Positions 48,560-59,435 of a DNA stretch of 64,000 bases are shown piece by piece. The notes beneath the pieces are model-generated. The model was not told the DNA's origin. It saw nothing but the letters and a program-made list of their open reading frames with translations, and did no database searches. The translations under genes and the position numbers were made by a program. The stretch lies in assembly GCA_000146465.1 (NCBI GenBank), contig CP001950.1; one strand, given 5' to 3'. Each line of letters opens with the position of its first letter. Position 1 is the first letter of the stretch.

Positions 48560-49750
48560 CTAGTTTTCCTCCTTCCTTCCAATTTTAATTTCAGGAAGAA
48601 CAAGTAAAGGACCTCCAACTCCTCTTCTTTTCAATTCCCAATATTCCAATACTTTCAAAAGATCTGGGAAGTTTCCTTCCTTTTGGGTATATGCTTTAAT
48701 CTTTGAAAGAATGGATGGTGTGGCAACCGGCTGTAGATTGCAGAGCTTTCTGAATAGCGTAACCTGAGGGCATGCCATTGGAGCCTTTTTTCGGATTATT
48801 GGAGGATTTCGTAACTTTTCATATCCAAAATACCTTATTTTGGTCACTTTTCTGTAGCCTAATTCATATGGACTTCTTTTCAAAGGACTATGGTCGATAC
48901 AATAAGATATTCTATTTTCCAAATCAAAGTAACATTTGTCTAGAGCACATGACACATGGTATTTCCTAGAACACATAAAATACGAGCAGCATATCACAGT
49001 TCCAACAGTTTTTTCACAGAAAGAACATCCGGATTCTTTGGTATAGGAGCTAACATCAATGGGGTCTTTTGATAATGGATGGCCAAACGAGAGAGATCTG
49101 TTGAACATAGCACACAAAACATGGCCCCATCTGTTGTCGGATGTCTGCTTGAAGATGCCGTCTGAAGAAGGGCAGAAAGAACACTCTTTTAGGTCCTTTC
49201 CATATATACATCCCTTGCACAACCAAAAATCACTCAGATCTTGTATTCCATAGCAGTTTTCATGCACACATATTCCACATCCTTGGCATACAAAAAGAGT
49301 TCCGGTGCGTTCCGATGCATGCCTTGTACAGATATCACAGAAGGAAGTGGGTTCTATAGGTTTTACGTGCCTGGATACTAAATCCTGCACGAATAGGAAC
49401 CATTCCTTTTCTAATCTGTCGATAACTAACTCAAAAACATCTTTGGAGATATCAATTCCCGATCTCTCCAAATAAAGTTGATCATAGCTGTCTAGTTTAT
49501 ACACGATAGACTCAAAGAAGTTTCCTTTTTGATTCCTTCTAGTTGTTTTCTTGCTATCCGATTCACTTTCTGATGCATAGGTGCTTTTTGAAATAATCTG
49601 ATGCATTTTCTCGATCTCCAGATTATGATATATCGATCTGTAATCACGTTCCTCCCTCGGAACGCCTCCAAGGCATTTGGAAGTAGACATTTTTGGGTAG
49701 TAAGATTCCCCATAAGGAATGGAAAATTTTTTTTCTCGGCACATAACCAT
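48560..49750 (-). CDS. PHD-zinc knuckle-PHD (PZP) protein of the BRPF/JADE/Nto1 family, a HAT-complex scaffold type
   Basis: PHD1 is CDICTRHASERTGTLFVCQGCGICVHENCYGIQ...WLCKGC. The extended PHD is CSFCPSSDGIFKQTSDNRWGHVLCAMF...CSFCEKTVGTVICCSYFMCSRKYHVSCA. The track start at 49771 is a GTG, and the first ATG is at 49750, or possibly 49744 or 49690. The 5' end overlaps the divergent Elp1 start. Confidence 0.5.
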   Translation of the reverse strand: MVMCREKKFSIPYGESYYPKMSTSKCLGGVPREERDYRSIYHNLEIEKMHQIISKSTYASESESDSKKTTRRNQKGNFFESIVYKLDSYDQLYLERSGIDISKDVFELVIDRLEKEWFLFVQDLVSRHVKPIEPTSFCDICTRHASERTGTLFVCQGCGICVHENCYGIQDLSDFWLCKGCIYGKDLKECSFCPSSDGIFKQTSDNRWGHVLCAMFNRSLSFGHPLSKDPIDVSSYTKESGCSFCEKTVGTVICCSYFMCSRKYHVSCALDKCYFDLENRISYCIDHSPLKRSPYELGYRKVTKIRYFGYEKLRNPPIIRKKAPMACPQVTLFRKLCNLQPVATPSILSKIKAYTQKEGNFPDLLKVLEYWELKRRGVGGPLLVLPEIKIGRKEEN

Positions 49751-52700
49751 AGCCGAGACAGGAGGAGACACTTGGATTTACAGTAAAGGATACACGGCTA
49801 GAAAAAATATCATCTACAATGAGTCTGGCGAAAGTATATATGAGATTCCATTTGTCCCAAAACACTTCCATGTTTTAGCATTTGAATACTTCTTAGTCGA
49901 TGAACTAAACGCTATATATCTGGTTAACAAAAATACATTGGAAATATTGGAGATTGGAAGAGTGAAAGATGAAGTGGTTGCTCTCAGTGTATCAAGAGAT
50001 GAAAAATGGTGTGTTATTGCCTCTACTACGGAGATTCTTCTCTTTGATTCATATATTGACTTCAAGAAGTCGATCAAATTCGAATTTAATGAAGTAATTC
50101 AGATTGAATGGACGGACTACGAGGTTTTTGGTGTACTAACTAGTAACATGATATTCTTTTATGATATCGAACTTAATTTGGTAGGAAAAAGCAAAGAAAG
50201 GGAATATTCAAGTATTTCTTGGAGAAGCAAATATAACGTATTTGGATGCTCAACGGGCAAGGAAATCTGCTTCGTTGAACCAAATGGACTTGAACATGGA
50301 GATCCATTAGAGGTACGATGTAACAAATTGACTTTTCTTGAAAATGAAGATTTGCTGGCTACTATTGAAAATAATGACGAAGGTTCTCTGCTCAAAGTGT
50401 TTTACACAAAGAATTTTCATTGGTATTTGAAACTTTTGAAGCAAGTACCTGGAGGATTCCTATGTAGTGAAAAAAATGCCGTGCTGTTCAAAGATAAAGA
50501 GAGGATAGCAAAGGTTTTTTTGTTTGAGGAGAAGACGCATAGCGGCCCAGAATATTACGTGATTGATGGAAATTGCATACTTTACACAGACTTTTCGAAG
50601 AAAATCGTTCCACCACCTTTCTTCTCTGTAAAAATTGAGTTTGATAGTAATGTTATAGATATCTTTCCATCAGCAAAGAAGGGAGCAGTTCTCCTGAGAG
50701 ACAAAGTGATTATTTTCAAATGGAACGGAGATAATTTTATTAGCGAAGAAGCTTTTTTTTTGGGAAGGGAATTTGACTCTGTCGTTCAGTTTAAAAGTTT
50801 TCTCCTTCTAAAGAGTAAAGATGAATTTCTTATAAAGAAAATGAATGGCGGTGAGGAAATACGTATCAACAGAAGTGTAAGAATTCAAGAAGCAACAAGA
50901 AGAAACATTATGAATGAAGAAAACATTAATGTCGTTACTAGCCAGCTCTGTGAAATATTGAACAGTTCGGTTGATGTTGTTAGATGTTACAACTTTGAAG
51001 AAAAGCTCTACTTACTGTTAGAAGATGGTTCTGTTATTCATAATGGTAGAATAGTGCATTCAGGAATTGACCTAGAGAAAAGATTTGAAATAGTCATAGG
51101 AGAAGATATCTTTGTTCATAATGGAACGAAGCTTTTTAAAAATGGTAACGTTACAGAGAATATAACTTCATTTCTGATTGGAGAGCATGGAATAATTACT
51201 GTATCTGAAGGAACAGGTAGATTTTTCTTAGGCCTTAAAGAAAGCACTTGCCAGGTTGATCATAGGTTGGAGCTTCTGTGTGCTCTGGACTTTAGGGTTG
51301 TTGGATTGACTAGGCATGGAACACTCGAGACATACACGCCTAAGATTTACACGCTAACTTTTATAAGGAAGCTTTTACTTGATGGGAAGTATAAAGATGC
51401 CATAGAAGGATGCCAAAGATATATAATTCCTTTTGGAGTATTTTTGGATTATAACATTGAACTTTGCAAGTTCATAGAAGCATGCAAAGATACTCATCTT
51501 ATATCCTTCTTCAACGAAGCCCTACAGACGTTTGGAGATTTCGATTTTATTCTTGAAAGTGAAAAGGTAAAAAGATTCAGAAGGGTTTTTAATTTTCCTA
51601 TGGTCTTGGAGCCTGGAAAGGGAAAAGAATATTTTGAAGTGTTAATAGCTAACGACGAATCAATAAGTGATGGCTCTCTTGAACATCTAATGGAATATAG
51701 AAATGGAAAGAGCCAAGAAGACTCAAAATTGGGTAACTCCAGATACTCAAGAGACCTTCCTAGAGACGGGAAGAAACTATGTGGGAGAAACACAAAAGAT
51801 TTCTTTAACGAGCTTTTCCAGTCATTGGATCTGGAAAGAAATTTCAAGTTTGCCATTTTCGCACTAGTGAAAGTAAAAAGAATGGATCTCGCGCTCCAAG
51901 TAGCTAAGCATGATATGAAGGGGGGAATTGGATATATGCTTTCTATAACTAATATGAGTAACATTATCAATTCTGCATTGGAAACTTGTGAAGAAGATTT
52001 GGTGCATGAGGTGATGAAAATTTGCCAGAAGGACTCATCTGACTTTCTTTTTCTGATACGTAACTGTGAGAAAGACCTACGAGGGTTTAAGATTAATGAC
52101 TTCCTTAAGAACAGAATAGATGCACTTTATCACATAAGCAGAACCGGAATGGTGGATTTGGAAAGAGAATATATCCAGAAGCACGATCTTGTTGAAGAGG
52201 CATTGATGTATGAGGCTTGTGGTTTGAGTATTAGAAAGGAAGGATATTATTTCAACCTATGTGCAGAGCTTCTTCCGCCAGAAAAGGCATTGATTCTTTT
52301 CAAGAGAGCCCAAAACATAGAAAAGGCATTAGAAACAGCTATAGAAAATCTCTATTGGAGAGAAGCATTAGGCATGTGTGTCAAAGAAAGACAAGAAGAA
52401 CTCGGTAAGTCACTGGCTAGTAGGCTTATTGATTCAGGGAAGAATTATGAAGCAGGACAGTTATTTGAGGAGTTCTTGGGAGATACAGAAAAGGCCTTCA
52501 TTGAATATGTAAAGGCAAAAAGTATGGGAAATGCTCTTAGACTGTGTTCTGATGGAGAACTTCTCATGAAGGAAGCACGTGAAATTCTCAAGGAAAAGCT
52601 TCTGGTACTTGATGATATAAAGAAATCGTTTATAAAATACAGAGACAGACTGAAAACTCTTGAGGAAAGAGAAGATGATTGTATGAGTGAGACATCGTTT

Positions 52701-53024
52701 AGTTACACCGAAAACAGAAGAGGTAGTAAGAGTACAAAAGTAAAGAATAGGCCAGGAGGAGGATATGAAAAAGAGTTTGTACTCGGAAAGATTAGAGATA
52801 TTGGCTTGAATTTGATGAGGTGGAGGGATGAAACCGAGGATCTTTTGAAGGTATTTGAGAAATTTGAGATGAAAGAGTGCATCGATGCACATAATACCTC
52901 ATTTAGCGCAGTAGGTGAAGTTTTAAAGATGGAAATAGACAATGTATTCGGAACAGAAAAAAGACATCTTTATGAATCAAATAGGCCGATTGTTGAGAAG
53001 CCAGATCTCAGCAAATGGCTTTAA
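49719..53024 (+). CDS. ELP1: Elongator complex subunit Elp1/Iki3
   Basis: Two blocks conserved with human ELP1: LLKVFYTKNFHWYLKLLKQ against CVQLWTVGNYHWYLKQSL, and YVIDGNCILYTDFSKKIVPPPFFSVKIEF against [30 protein letters not shown]. The architecture is N-terminal WD propellers followed by C-terminal TPR-like helices. Start is ATG. Confidence 0.6.
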   Translation: MENFFSRHITIAETGGDTWIYSKGYTARKNIIYNESGESIYEIPFVPKHFHVLAFEYFLVDELNAIYLVNKNTLEILEIGRVKDEVVALSVSRDEKWCVIASTTEILLFDSYIDFKKSIKFEFNEVIQIEWTDYEVFGVLTSNMIFFYDIELNLVGKSKEREYSSISWRSKYNVFGCSTGKEICFVEPNGLEHGDPLEVRCNKLTFLENEDLLATIENNDEGSLLKVFYTKNFHWYLKLLKQVPGGFLCSEKNAVLFKDKERIAKVFLFEEKTHSGPEYYVIDGNCILYTDFSKKIVPPPFFSVKIEFDSNVIDIFPSAKKGAVLLRDKVIIFKWNGDNFISEEAFFLGREFDSVVQFKSFLLLKSKDEFLIKKMNGGEEIRINRSVRIQEATRRNIMNEENINVVTSQLCEILNSSVDVVRCYNFEEKLYLLLEDGSVIHNGRIVHSGIDLEKRFEIVIGEDIFVHNGTKLFKNGNVTENITSFLIGEHGIITVSEGTGRFFLGLKESTCQVDHRLELLCALDFRVVGLTRHGTLETYTPKIYTLTFIRKLLLDGKYKDAIEGCQRYIIPFGVFLDYNIELCKFIEACKDTHLISFFNEALQTFGDFDFILESEKVKRFRRVFNFPMVLEPGKGKEYFEVLIANDESISDGSLEHLMEYRNGKSQEDSKLGNSRYSRDLPRDGKKLCGRNTKDFFNELFQSLDLERNFKFAIFALVKVKRMDLALQVAKHDMKGGIGYMLSITNMSNIINSALETCEEDLVHEVMKICQKDSSDFLFLIRNCEKDLRGFKINDFLKNRIDALYHISRTGMVDLEREYIQKHDLVEEALMYEACGLSIRKEGYYFNLCAELLPPEKALILFKRAQNIEKALETAIENLYWREALGMCVKERQEELGKSLASRLIDSGKNYEAGQLFEEFLGDTEKAFIEYVKAKSMGNALRLCSDGELLMKEAREILKEKLLVLDDIKKSFIKYRDRLKTLEEREDDCMSETSFSYTENRRGSKSTKVKNRPGGGYEKEFVLGKIRDIGLNLMRWRDETEDLLKVFEKFEMKECIDAHNTSFSAVGEVLKMEIDNVFGTEKRHLYESNRPIVEKPDLSKWL

Positions 53025-53060
53025 GTTCGTATGTTGAATAGTCTTGAGACTGGAAGAGAA

Positions 53061-53879
53061 TTAATTCAATAAATATTTATTCTCTAGCTGGTGCTTCAGG
53101 AGTATCAGAAAGAGGTGTACAATGGTTAATTCGGGCCACAGTACTTTTGCAAAAAATACAGATGTTCCCGTTGCAACTTGGCGTACCATGAAATTACTCA
53201 GTCTCTTTGCGTCTCCTGTTCTTATAAGTATATCGACTTTACTGTCGAATTTTATTCCTCTATTGATTTCATCTTCCGAGGAATACGCAAAGAAAATATT
53301 CACAACTATATCTGTATTGTTCTCAGTTTCCTTTTCTACTTCTATAAGCTTGTTTCTGACATCCGAATCAAGGAGATCCAATCTTCCATAAACTAAAAAC
53401 TTTGGCTTGATACTTGTCTTTTTAGGATTTTTTATCTTCTTTCGGATAATATTCATTATCCCGTTCACTTCTTCAGGAGTTCTTCTAAGGTTGCTTAAGG
53501 CGAAACAGAAAAAAGAAACTTCCTTAAGACCATAAAAGTACCCGAAATTAATGAATTCGTATATTTTCTGGAGGCCTGGATCTCTTGTAAACTTGTCTTT
53601 CTGCCCAATCTTCTTCATATATCTTCTATTTCCATCGCAGATGAATGCAACCCTCATGCCTTGGAATATCTTAATCCTGCTTCTTCGAAAGGCGCCATCC
53701 GAATGATTGGAGTATGGTATTCCATTCCACACATCCAAGCCCATCGATGTCAAGGAAGAGGCCTTTCGAAAAATCCCTACTATGAAAAGAATCAACTCCA
53801 TAATATACTTATTATTAACTCCATTTTCAACCGCTTCCACCACACATACCAGAACCTTCCTTGCTAGATTTTCCAGCAT
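53061..53879 (-). CDS. RER2: cis-Prenyltransferase / dehydrodolichyl diphosphate synthase (Rer2/Srt1/UPPS family)
   Basis: VAFICDGNRRYMKKIG matches the cis-IPTase HVAxIMDGNRRWA motif. The C-terminal block ILIRTGDAKRLSNFMVRQVA matches the LxIRTSGExRLSNFLLWQ motif. Start is ATG. Confidence 0.6.
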   Translation of the reverse strand: MLENLARKVLVCVVEAVENGVNNKYIMELILFIVGIFRKASSLTSMGLDVWNGIPYSNHSDGAFRRSRIKIFQGMRVAFICDGNRRYMKKIGQKDKFTRDPGLQKIYEFINFGYFYGLKEVSFFCFALSNLRRTPEEVNGIMNIIRKKIKNPKKTSIKPKFLVYGRLDLLDSDVRNKLIEVEKETENNTDIVVNIFFAYSSEDEINRGIKFDSKVDILIRTGDAKRLSNFMVRQVATGTSVFFAKVLWPELTIVHLFLILLKHQLENKYLLN

Positions 53880-53984
53880 TCAACAATCAATGGATTCCAT
53901 AAAAACTTTTTAATAGCTTAAGCTTAGAATCCTAATAATTAATTATTAAAACACAGAAATGCTGTAAATCGTTTTCATTCACCT

Positions 53985-55223
53985 CTAAATAAAGTCTATG
54001 GTGTTTCTGTCAAGTCTCTCTGTCTCCAACTCTAATCTATTTCGGAGAGCGCTCTCCTTATTCCTTTCATTCAATAATTCATTGTTCCTGATTTTCAGAA
54101 TATTATACATCCTCTCTAACTCTTCTATATTCTTTTTGATTTCTTGAGTCCTCGTCTCGTCTAGCTGGAGTTCTCTGTTGCCTATATCATACTCCTCATC
54201 ATATTTCTTGATTCTGTCCGAGAATATTTTCTCTTCATCCTCTAGAAGCGCCAGCTTAGACCTCTGGTCATCCATCATCTTCGAAAGTTTTAAAAGCTCA
54301 TTTCTAGATAGTCTTATAAGGGCCAATGTCCTTCCTCTTTGGATCTCAACTTCCTTTATGTTAGTTTGTAAGTTTCTTAGATGGTTCTTCTTTGTATGAA
54401 TCCTCGACATCATATTATCCTTCATTTTCTGCGTATCCTGTATCTTCTCAGTAAGCTGGTCTATGTCCTGAAGAAGCTTGTCAATGCTATTTTGCAGCAT
54501 GTTTTCTTTTTGCTTGCTCTGTGCCATCTTTAGAACAATAAATGACTTCTTTGCTCCCAGTTCGTCTGATTGATTAGTGTTTTCGCCCATTCCAAACCCC
54601 ATCCCATCTCCCAAGGGAGATCTAGTATATCTAGGGACCTCCATGAAGGAATCCCCACTCTCTCTAAACGACAATGGTATGTATTTGCTCTGCTCAGGCC
54701 TATATCCCGACAAAATATCTTTTGGGAGATAACCCTGTGTTCCAGACCCACTTCCATTAAACATCTGTTGATTACCTCGGTTAAATAGGCTTCTAATGTG
54801 CAATGGGTTGAGTAATGAACTTTCTTGGTAACTCATTCCCAACTCTGGGGTCGTATCTTCATCCATCGAGCTTGGTGTTGACCTTCCCATGTACTCAGGC
54901 TTGGAGGAGTTCAATTGTAGGCGATTTTCCTCGTCGTCTTTCTTACTTAAGCTATCCTTTCCCTTTCCAAATAGTTTATCTTCGCCTCGGTTTCCTTCAT
55001 CATATTTAGAAGGTATGTTCTCATTGTCTCCAACAACTCTTTTTATCCCCTTGGTGTTAGAAAGCAGCACACCATCTCTGCTGTTTTTTATAGTTCCTCC
55101 AAGAGCATTTATCACTTTTCTGGCCATGTCTGGGTCTTTGTTCGGTCTGTCAGTGACTCCAAGATCGTCTACAACAACTATTTTGGATAGACATACCTGA
55201 ATCAAAACTATTATTGCTATCAT
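53985..55223 (-). CDS. Hypothetical secreted or membrane-anchored protein with a low-complexity Gly/Met/Ser region and a C-terminal coiled coil
   Basis: The N-terminal hydrophobic signal is MIAIIVLIQVCLSKIVVV. The middle region is GDGMGFGMGENT. The C-terminal 180 aa are heptad-rich. No family motif recognised. Confidence 0.45.
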   Translation of the reverse strand: MIAIIVLIQVCLSKIVVVDDLGVTDRPNKDPDMARKVINALGGTIKNSRDGVLLSNTKGIKRVVGDNENIPSKYDEGNRGEDKLFGKGKDSLSKKDDEENRLQLNSSKPEYMGRSTPSSMDEDTTPELGMSYQESSLLNPLHIRSLFNRGNQQMFNGSGSGTQGYLPKDILSGYRPEQSKYIPLSFRESGDSFMEVPRYTRSPLGDGMGFGMGENTNQSDELGAKKSFIVLKMAQSKQKENMLQNSIDKLLQDIDQLTEKIQDTQKMKDNMMSRIHTKKNHLRNLQTNIKEVEIQRGRTLALIRLSRNELLKLSKMMDDQRSKLALLEDEEKIFSDRIKKYDEEYDIGNRELQLDETRTQEIKKNIEELERMYNILKIRNNELLNERNKESALRNRLELETERLDRNTIDFI

Positions 55224-55363
55224 CTTTGTTTATTCCCTGTAGCGTCTTGTTGTTTTTAATTGCTGTGTTTCACACCAAGATCCAAGTTTCCAGGACTCGG
55301 ATGGGTAAAAGAGTCTAGACTTATGTGCGTGAGTAAATGGAGATGTACTGAAAAGCCCTCAAA

Positions 55364-58003
55364 ATGAGAAAGACAGACCTAGAAGATATTCGAAGAGTTT
55401 ATGAAAAGTATGGGGAGGTTCTTGACGTAGATAAAATAAAGAACGGAGCAAAACATATTTTCAAATATGTTATGGATATTCCTGGATCTTTGCTTGACTA
55501 TCCAAAAGTAAGGCATCTTCGTTTCTTGGCAAAAGAAAAGATCAGCCAGATTGTAAGCGAGATAAGAAGTCAGCATAATGAAGGAGACATAGATTCAAAA
55601 AGAACATTGGAGTGGATTTCAGCCATTAAAAATATTAGAAAGGTCCACTCTGCAATTGTAGGATATGAGTCTGCTCGTATAGCATACTGGAGAAAGATCA
55701 GCGTGATATGTGCTAGAGAATTGAAAAGAGGGCTTTCCAAGACATCCAGAACCAATCCTATACTTAAGTCAAAGAAAATATACAAAGAACTATTTGGACA
55801 CATAAAGAAAACCGAAAGAAGCATGAAGGACAAGTCGAAGAGAGCAGAGAAGGAGGAAATGGAAAGGAAGAAGAAGGAGATGGAAGAAAAAGAGGAACTT
55901 CGGCAGAAAAGAAAGTTTGAGTATCTCCTGAGCCAGACAGAACTTTTTTCTCATTTCATATTGAAGAAGAGTAAATGCGATGTTTCAAATACAGAAGGAG
56001 AAGGGACTGAAGAATATAATAGCATGAAGGGATACAAGGCAGCCATGCTTCAAAAGGAAAAGGTAAAAGAGTTTGAAATGGGCAAGCAAGGAAAGAAATT
56101 CAAGAGCGGAGAAGAAGTTGGAGAAGTAGCATCTCGATATGTATCTCAGCCAAGTATCTTAAAGTGTGTTCTGAAGGAGTATCAATTGAAAGGATTAAAC
56201 TGGCTTGTTAGTCTGTACGATAAAGGAATCAATGGAATCCTTGCAGATGATATGGGCCTTGGAAAAACAGTCCAATCGATTTCGCTGTTAGCTTATCTTT
56301 ATGAGACAGAGGAGATCCCGGGGCCATTCCTTGTTGTAACCATTTCTTCAACACTCGACAACTGGGCTCAGGAATTTTCAAGATTCCTTCCTAGCTTTAA
56401 GGTATGCCGTTTTTCAGGATCTCCAAGTGAAAGAAAGGAGCTGAAGAAGCAATTCAAGAATTCGGACGTTGTTATTACTACATACCAAACAGCAGTTAGC
56501 GATGAGAAGATGTTGAAAAAGATCAAATGGCAGTATATGATTCTTGACGAAGCACAAGCCATCAAAAGTAGTATGTCGAGGAGGTGGAAAACTCTTCTGA
56601 GTTTCAAGGCAAGGAATAGGCTTCTTTTGACAGGAACACCGATACAAAACTCTATGCAAGAGTTATGGGCTCTTCTCCATTTTATAATGCCTACTTTGTT
56701 TGACTCTCTTAGTGAGTTCAGTGACTGGTTTAGCAAGGAGATAGAAACTTCGGCAACTATGAAAAAGACTGTTGATGAAAAGTCTTTACAAAGACTTCAT
56801 ACTATTCTAAAGCCATTTATGCTCCGAAGACACAAATCCGATGTTATTCATGAACTAGGGCAAAAGACGCAAATTGATCTATATTGCAACCTGAGCTATA
56901 GGCAAAGAGTACTATATAAGGAAATAACTAAATCTTGCTCAAGTATGGAGATGGAGAATCTGCTTATGCAATTGAAGAAGGTTTGCAACCATCCAGATCT
57001 GTTCAAGAAATTGGAGCCGACTTGTGGATTGAGCCTTGAAATTAGTGATGGAGTAGGCGATACTATTTCGTTTGGTAGAAGTAAGCTAGACATAAAAATT
57101 CCCAGTCTTATCGCAAAGGATGCACTTGAGGTGTTCCATAGAAGGGAACAGGAATTAATTGAAAGAATCAATGCACTGGAGAAGATTGCTTATGGAAGGG
57201 GATTCTGGGGATGGTATTTAGAGAACAGCTTAGACTTCAAATATAAGGGCCGTATTTTTAGAAGTGTTAAAGAGGTTGGTAAATCTATATTGAGGAATTT
57301 CGAGAATTTAGATTCCAACAAGTTATTAGAGAGCCTGAAAAGATTAATGAATGAGGAAATGTACTGCTTAAAAAGATATGCTTGCTGCATAAGTCCGGTT
57401 GTTGCTACAGTACCTAGGTTGATTTCTAATGAAGTGGAGCTCCCGGGTATATATTTGGAAGATGTGCACATTCCACTTAACACAACCATCCACGTCCCTC
57501 CACTCAATACTTTCATTAGCGACAGCGGAAAAATGATAATTTTGGATGAATTATTACCGAGACTTAAAGCTGAGGGCCATAGATTATTGATATACTTCCA
57601 AATGACACGGATGATAGACCTTATAGAAGATTATCTTGTGAAGAAGGGATACACATACCTGAGACTGGATGGGAGTCTGAAAGCTTCGGCCCGGGCGGAC
57701 GTGATCCGAGATTGGCAAACAAATGACAAATTTATTTTTCTATTAAGTACCCGTGCTGGAGGACTAGGTATTAATTTAACTGCTGCAGATACAGTTATTT
57801 TCTACGACAGCGATTGGAATCCCACTGCTGATCAACAAGCAATGGATAGAGCACATAGACTGGGGCAAACAAGAGATGTAACGGTGTATAGGCTTATTAC
57901 AAGGGGAACGGTTGAGGAAAAGGTTCTAGAAAGTGCCAACAGAAAAGACGAGATACAGAAAATGGTTATTCATGGAAACATATTTGAAGGAGAGAACTTT
58001 TGA
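55364..58003 (+). CDS. INO80: INO80 chromatin-remodelling ATPase (Snf2 family with split ATPase insertion)
   Basis: [67 protein letters not shown]...[12 protein letters not shown] is nearly collinear with human INO80 [67 protein letters not shown]...[12 protein letters not shown]. A long insertion of about 200 aa lies between the RecA lobes. The N-terminal K/E-rich stretch is DBINO/HSA-like. Confidence 0.75.
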   Translation: [879 protein letters not shown]

Positions 58004-58179
58004 AATAAATAGTATATTGTGAATGCAGTATCGATTCTATTCATTTGTTCTTTTTGAGCCAATTGCATTTATGACTCTATTTGAATAGGTGGCATCCAAT
58101 GGAAGTAACTCTTTTGTAAGCAGGCTCCTTTTTATAGAAACAAAATAATATATCAGTGAATATGAAAAAGACAACCTGA

Positions 58180-59385
58180 ATGGAATTCTTGGACAGGTTA
58201 ATTCTTGGATCCAGAACTCCAAGATATGCAGACGAAGCTCTTTTTCCTTCAAGGACTTACAAAAAACCTATGTGTAATAGAAAACATTGCAATACCTCAT
58301 GTACTTCTAGAGTGCTCGAAGAATTTGAATTCTGGGCTTATTTTCTTTCTGAAAAGGAGCCTAACAGAAGAGAGGTAAGAAAGAAAATTCATACGATGAG
58401 CAAAGACTTGAGATTTTCAATTTGGATCAAATGTGTTGGATCTCGGGAAAAGTTTATAAGGATGAAGGAGATAGGACTTTCTAATACGAAGGAAGCCCGA
58501 GATGTTGAAAGCAAAGAAGATGGGAATAGGAAGTTGGACGATAAGGGTTTGGTAAAGTTCATATTGGACATGTGTAGAGATGCGGAAGGAAATAACCAAG
58601 AAGCTATATTCAATATTCTAAAGAATTTAGAAAGAGACTTTTCTTCAATATCTAATAAAAAGCTCCTTGCATTGACCATAATGCACATTCTGGAGCTTCC
58701 ATATGCCTCCCCACAAACTACATATCGCTTTATTCATTCCTTAATGGAATCTCACAACTTCTGTAGTGTATTCTCAGGATTCAATGAGTCTGAACTAGAT
58801 AATGGAATGGATCAAGATGATGAGAATAGCGTCCATTCGGCATTTTGGAAGTTCATCATTTCTGAGAATGCTTTGGTGTTTGACAGAATAATAGATCTCT
58901 TAGTTTGTTATGAGGGTGCGAATATAGCGTCTGTTCCCACATTTCTTAAGAAGCAGACCGGAGATAATGATGTTCAGAAGTGGGTTGAATTCATTTCTGT
59001 GAGATCCAATCTCGACAAGCTAGGAAGTGTTTTCGACAGTGAGAGGTTAGAAGGTCCTACTGAGGTGGAAGACAGAGAAGAGACATACTTTGACTTTTTA
59101 GTCATCCAGAACGAGACGATAAAGGCCCAAGAAATGATGAAAATAGAAACCAATGAAAAGTTGAATTCTCTTAAAGAAGAGAGAGATGAGCTTTATGCAC
59201 AAAAGGTCAATCTTATGGAAGCATGTTCTTCCTTGGAGTCGGATCTCAAGGAATATCAAAAAGAATACGTTAAGAAAGTAGAAGAGATGCTCCATAGTGT
59301 TGAAGATAAGTGCGAGAAGTATGAAAAAGAAAATATGGAGCTTAAGGCAAAAGTGGATGAAAAAGAACAAGTGAAAGATTTGTAA
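58180..59385 (+). CDS. Hypothetical protein of 401 aa with a C-terminal coiled coil
   Basis: ATG ORF. The C-terminal 100 aa are heptad and K/E-rich. No family motif recognised. Confidence 0.4.
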   Translation: MEFLDRLILGSRTPRYADEALFPSRTYKKPMCNRKHCNTSCTSRVLEEFEFWAYFLSEKEPNRREVRKKIHTMSKDLRFSIWIKCVGSREKFIRMKEIGLSNTKEARDVESKEDGNRKLDDKGLVKFILDMCRDAEGNNQEAIFNILKNLERDFSSISNKKLLALTIMHILELPYASPQTTYRFIHSLMESHNFCSVFSGFNESELDNGMDQDDENSVHSAFWKFIISENALVFDRIIDLLVCYEGANIASVPTFLKKQTGDNDVQKWVEFISVRSNLDKLGSVFDSERLEGPTEVEDREETYFDFLVIQNETIKAQEMMKIETNEKLNSLKEERDELYAQKVNLMEACSSLESDLKEYQKEYVKKVEEMLHSVEDKCEKYEKENMELKAKVDEKEQVKDL

Positions 59386-59435
59386 CAATTAAATAGATAT
59401 TTTATTTTGGTCCGTAACTGTTTAGACTGTTAGAA

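Noticed and set aside
750-49771. ORF-track start coordinates at 2069, 3601, 9554, 10669, 13266, 13310, 33413, 34886, 43134, 48319 and 49771
   Set aside because: The first codon in each case is TTG or GTG in the sequence, because the track labels alternative starts as M. Starts were moved to the first in-frame ATG, which often sits next to a CCC/GGG block.
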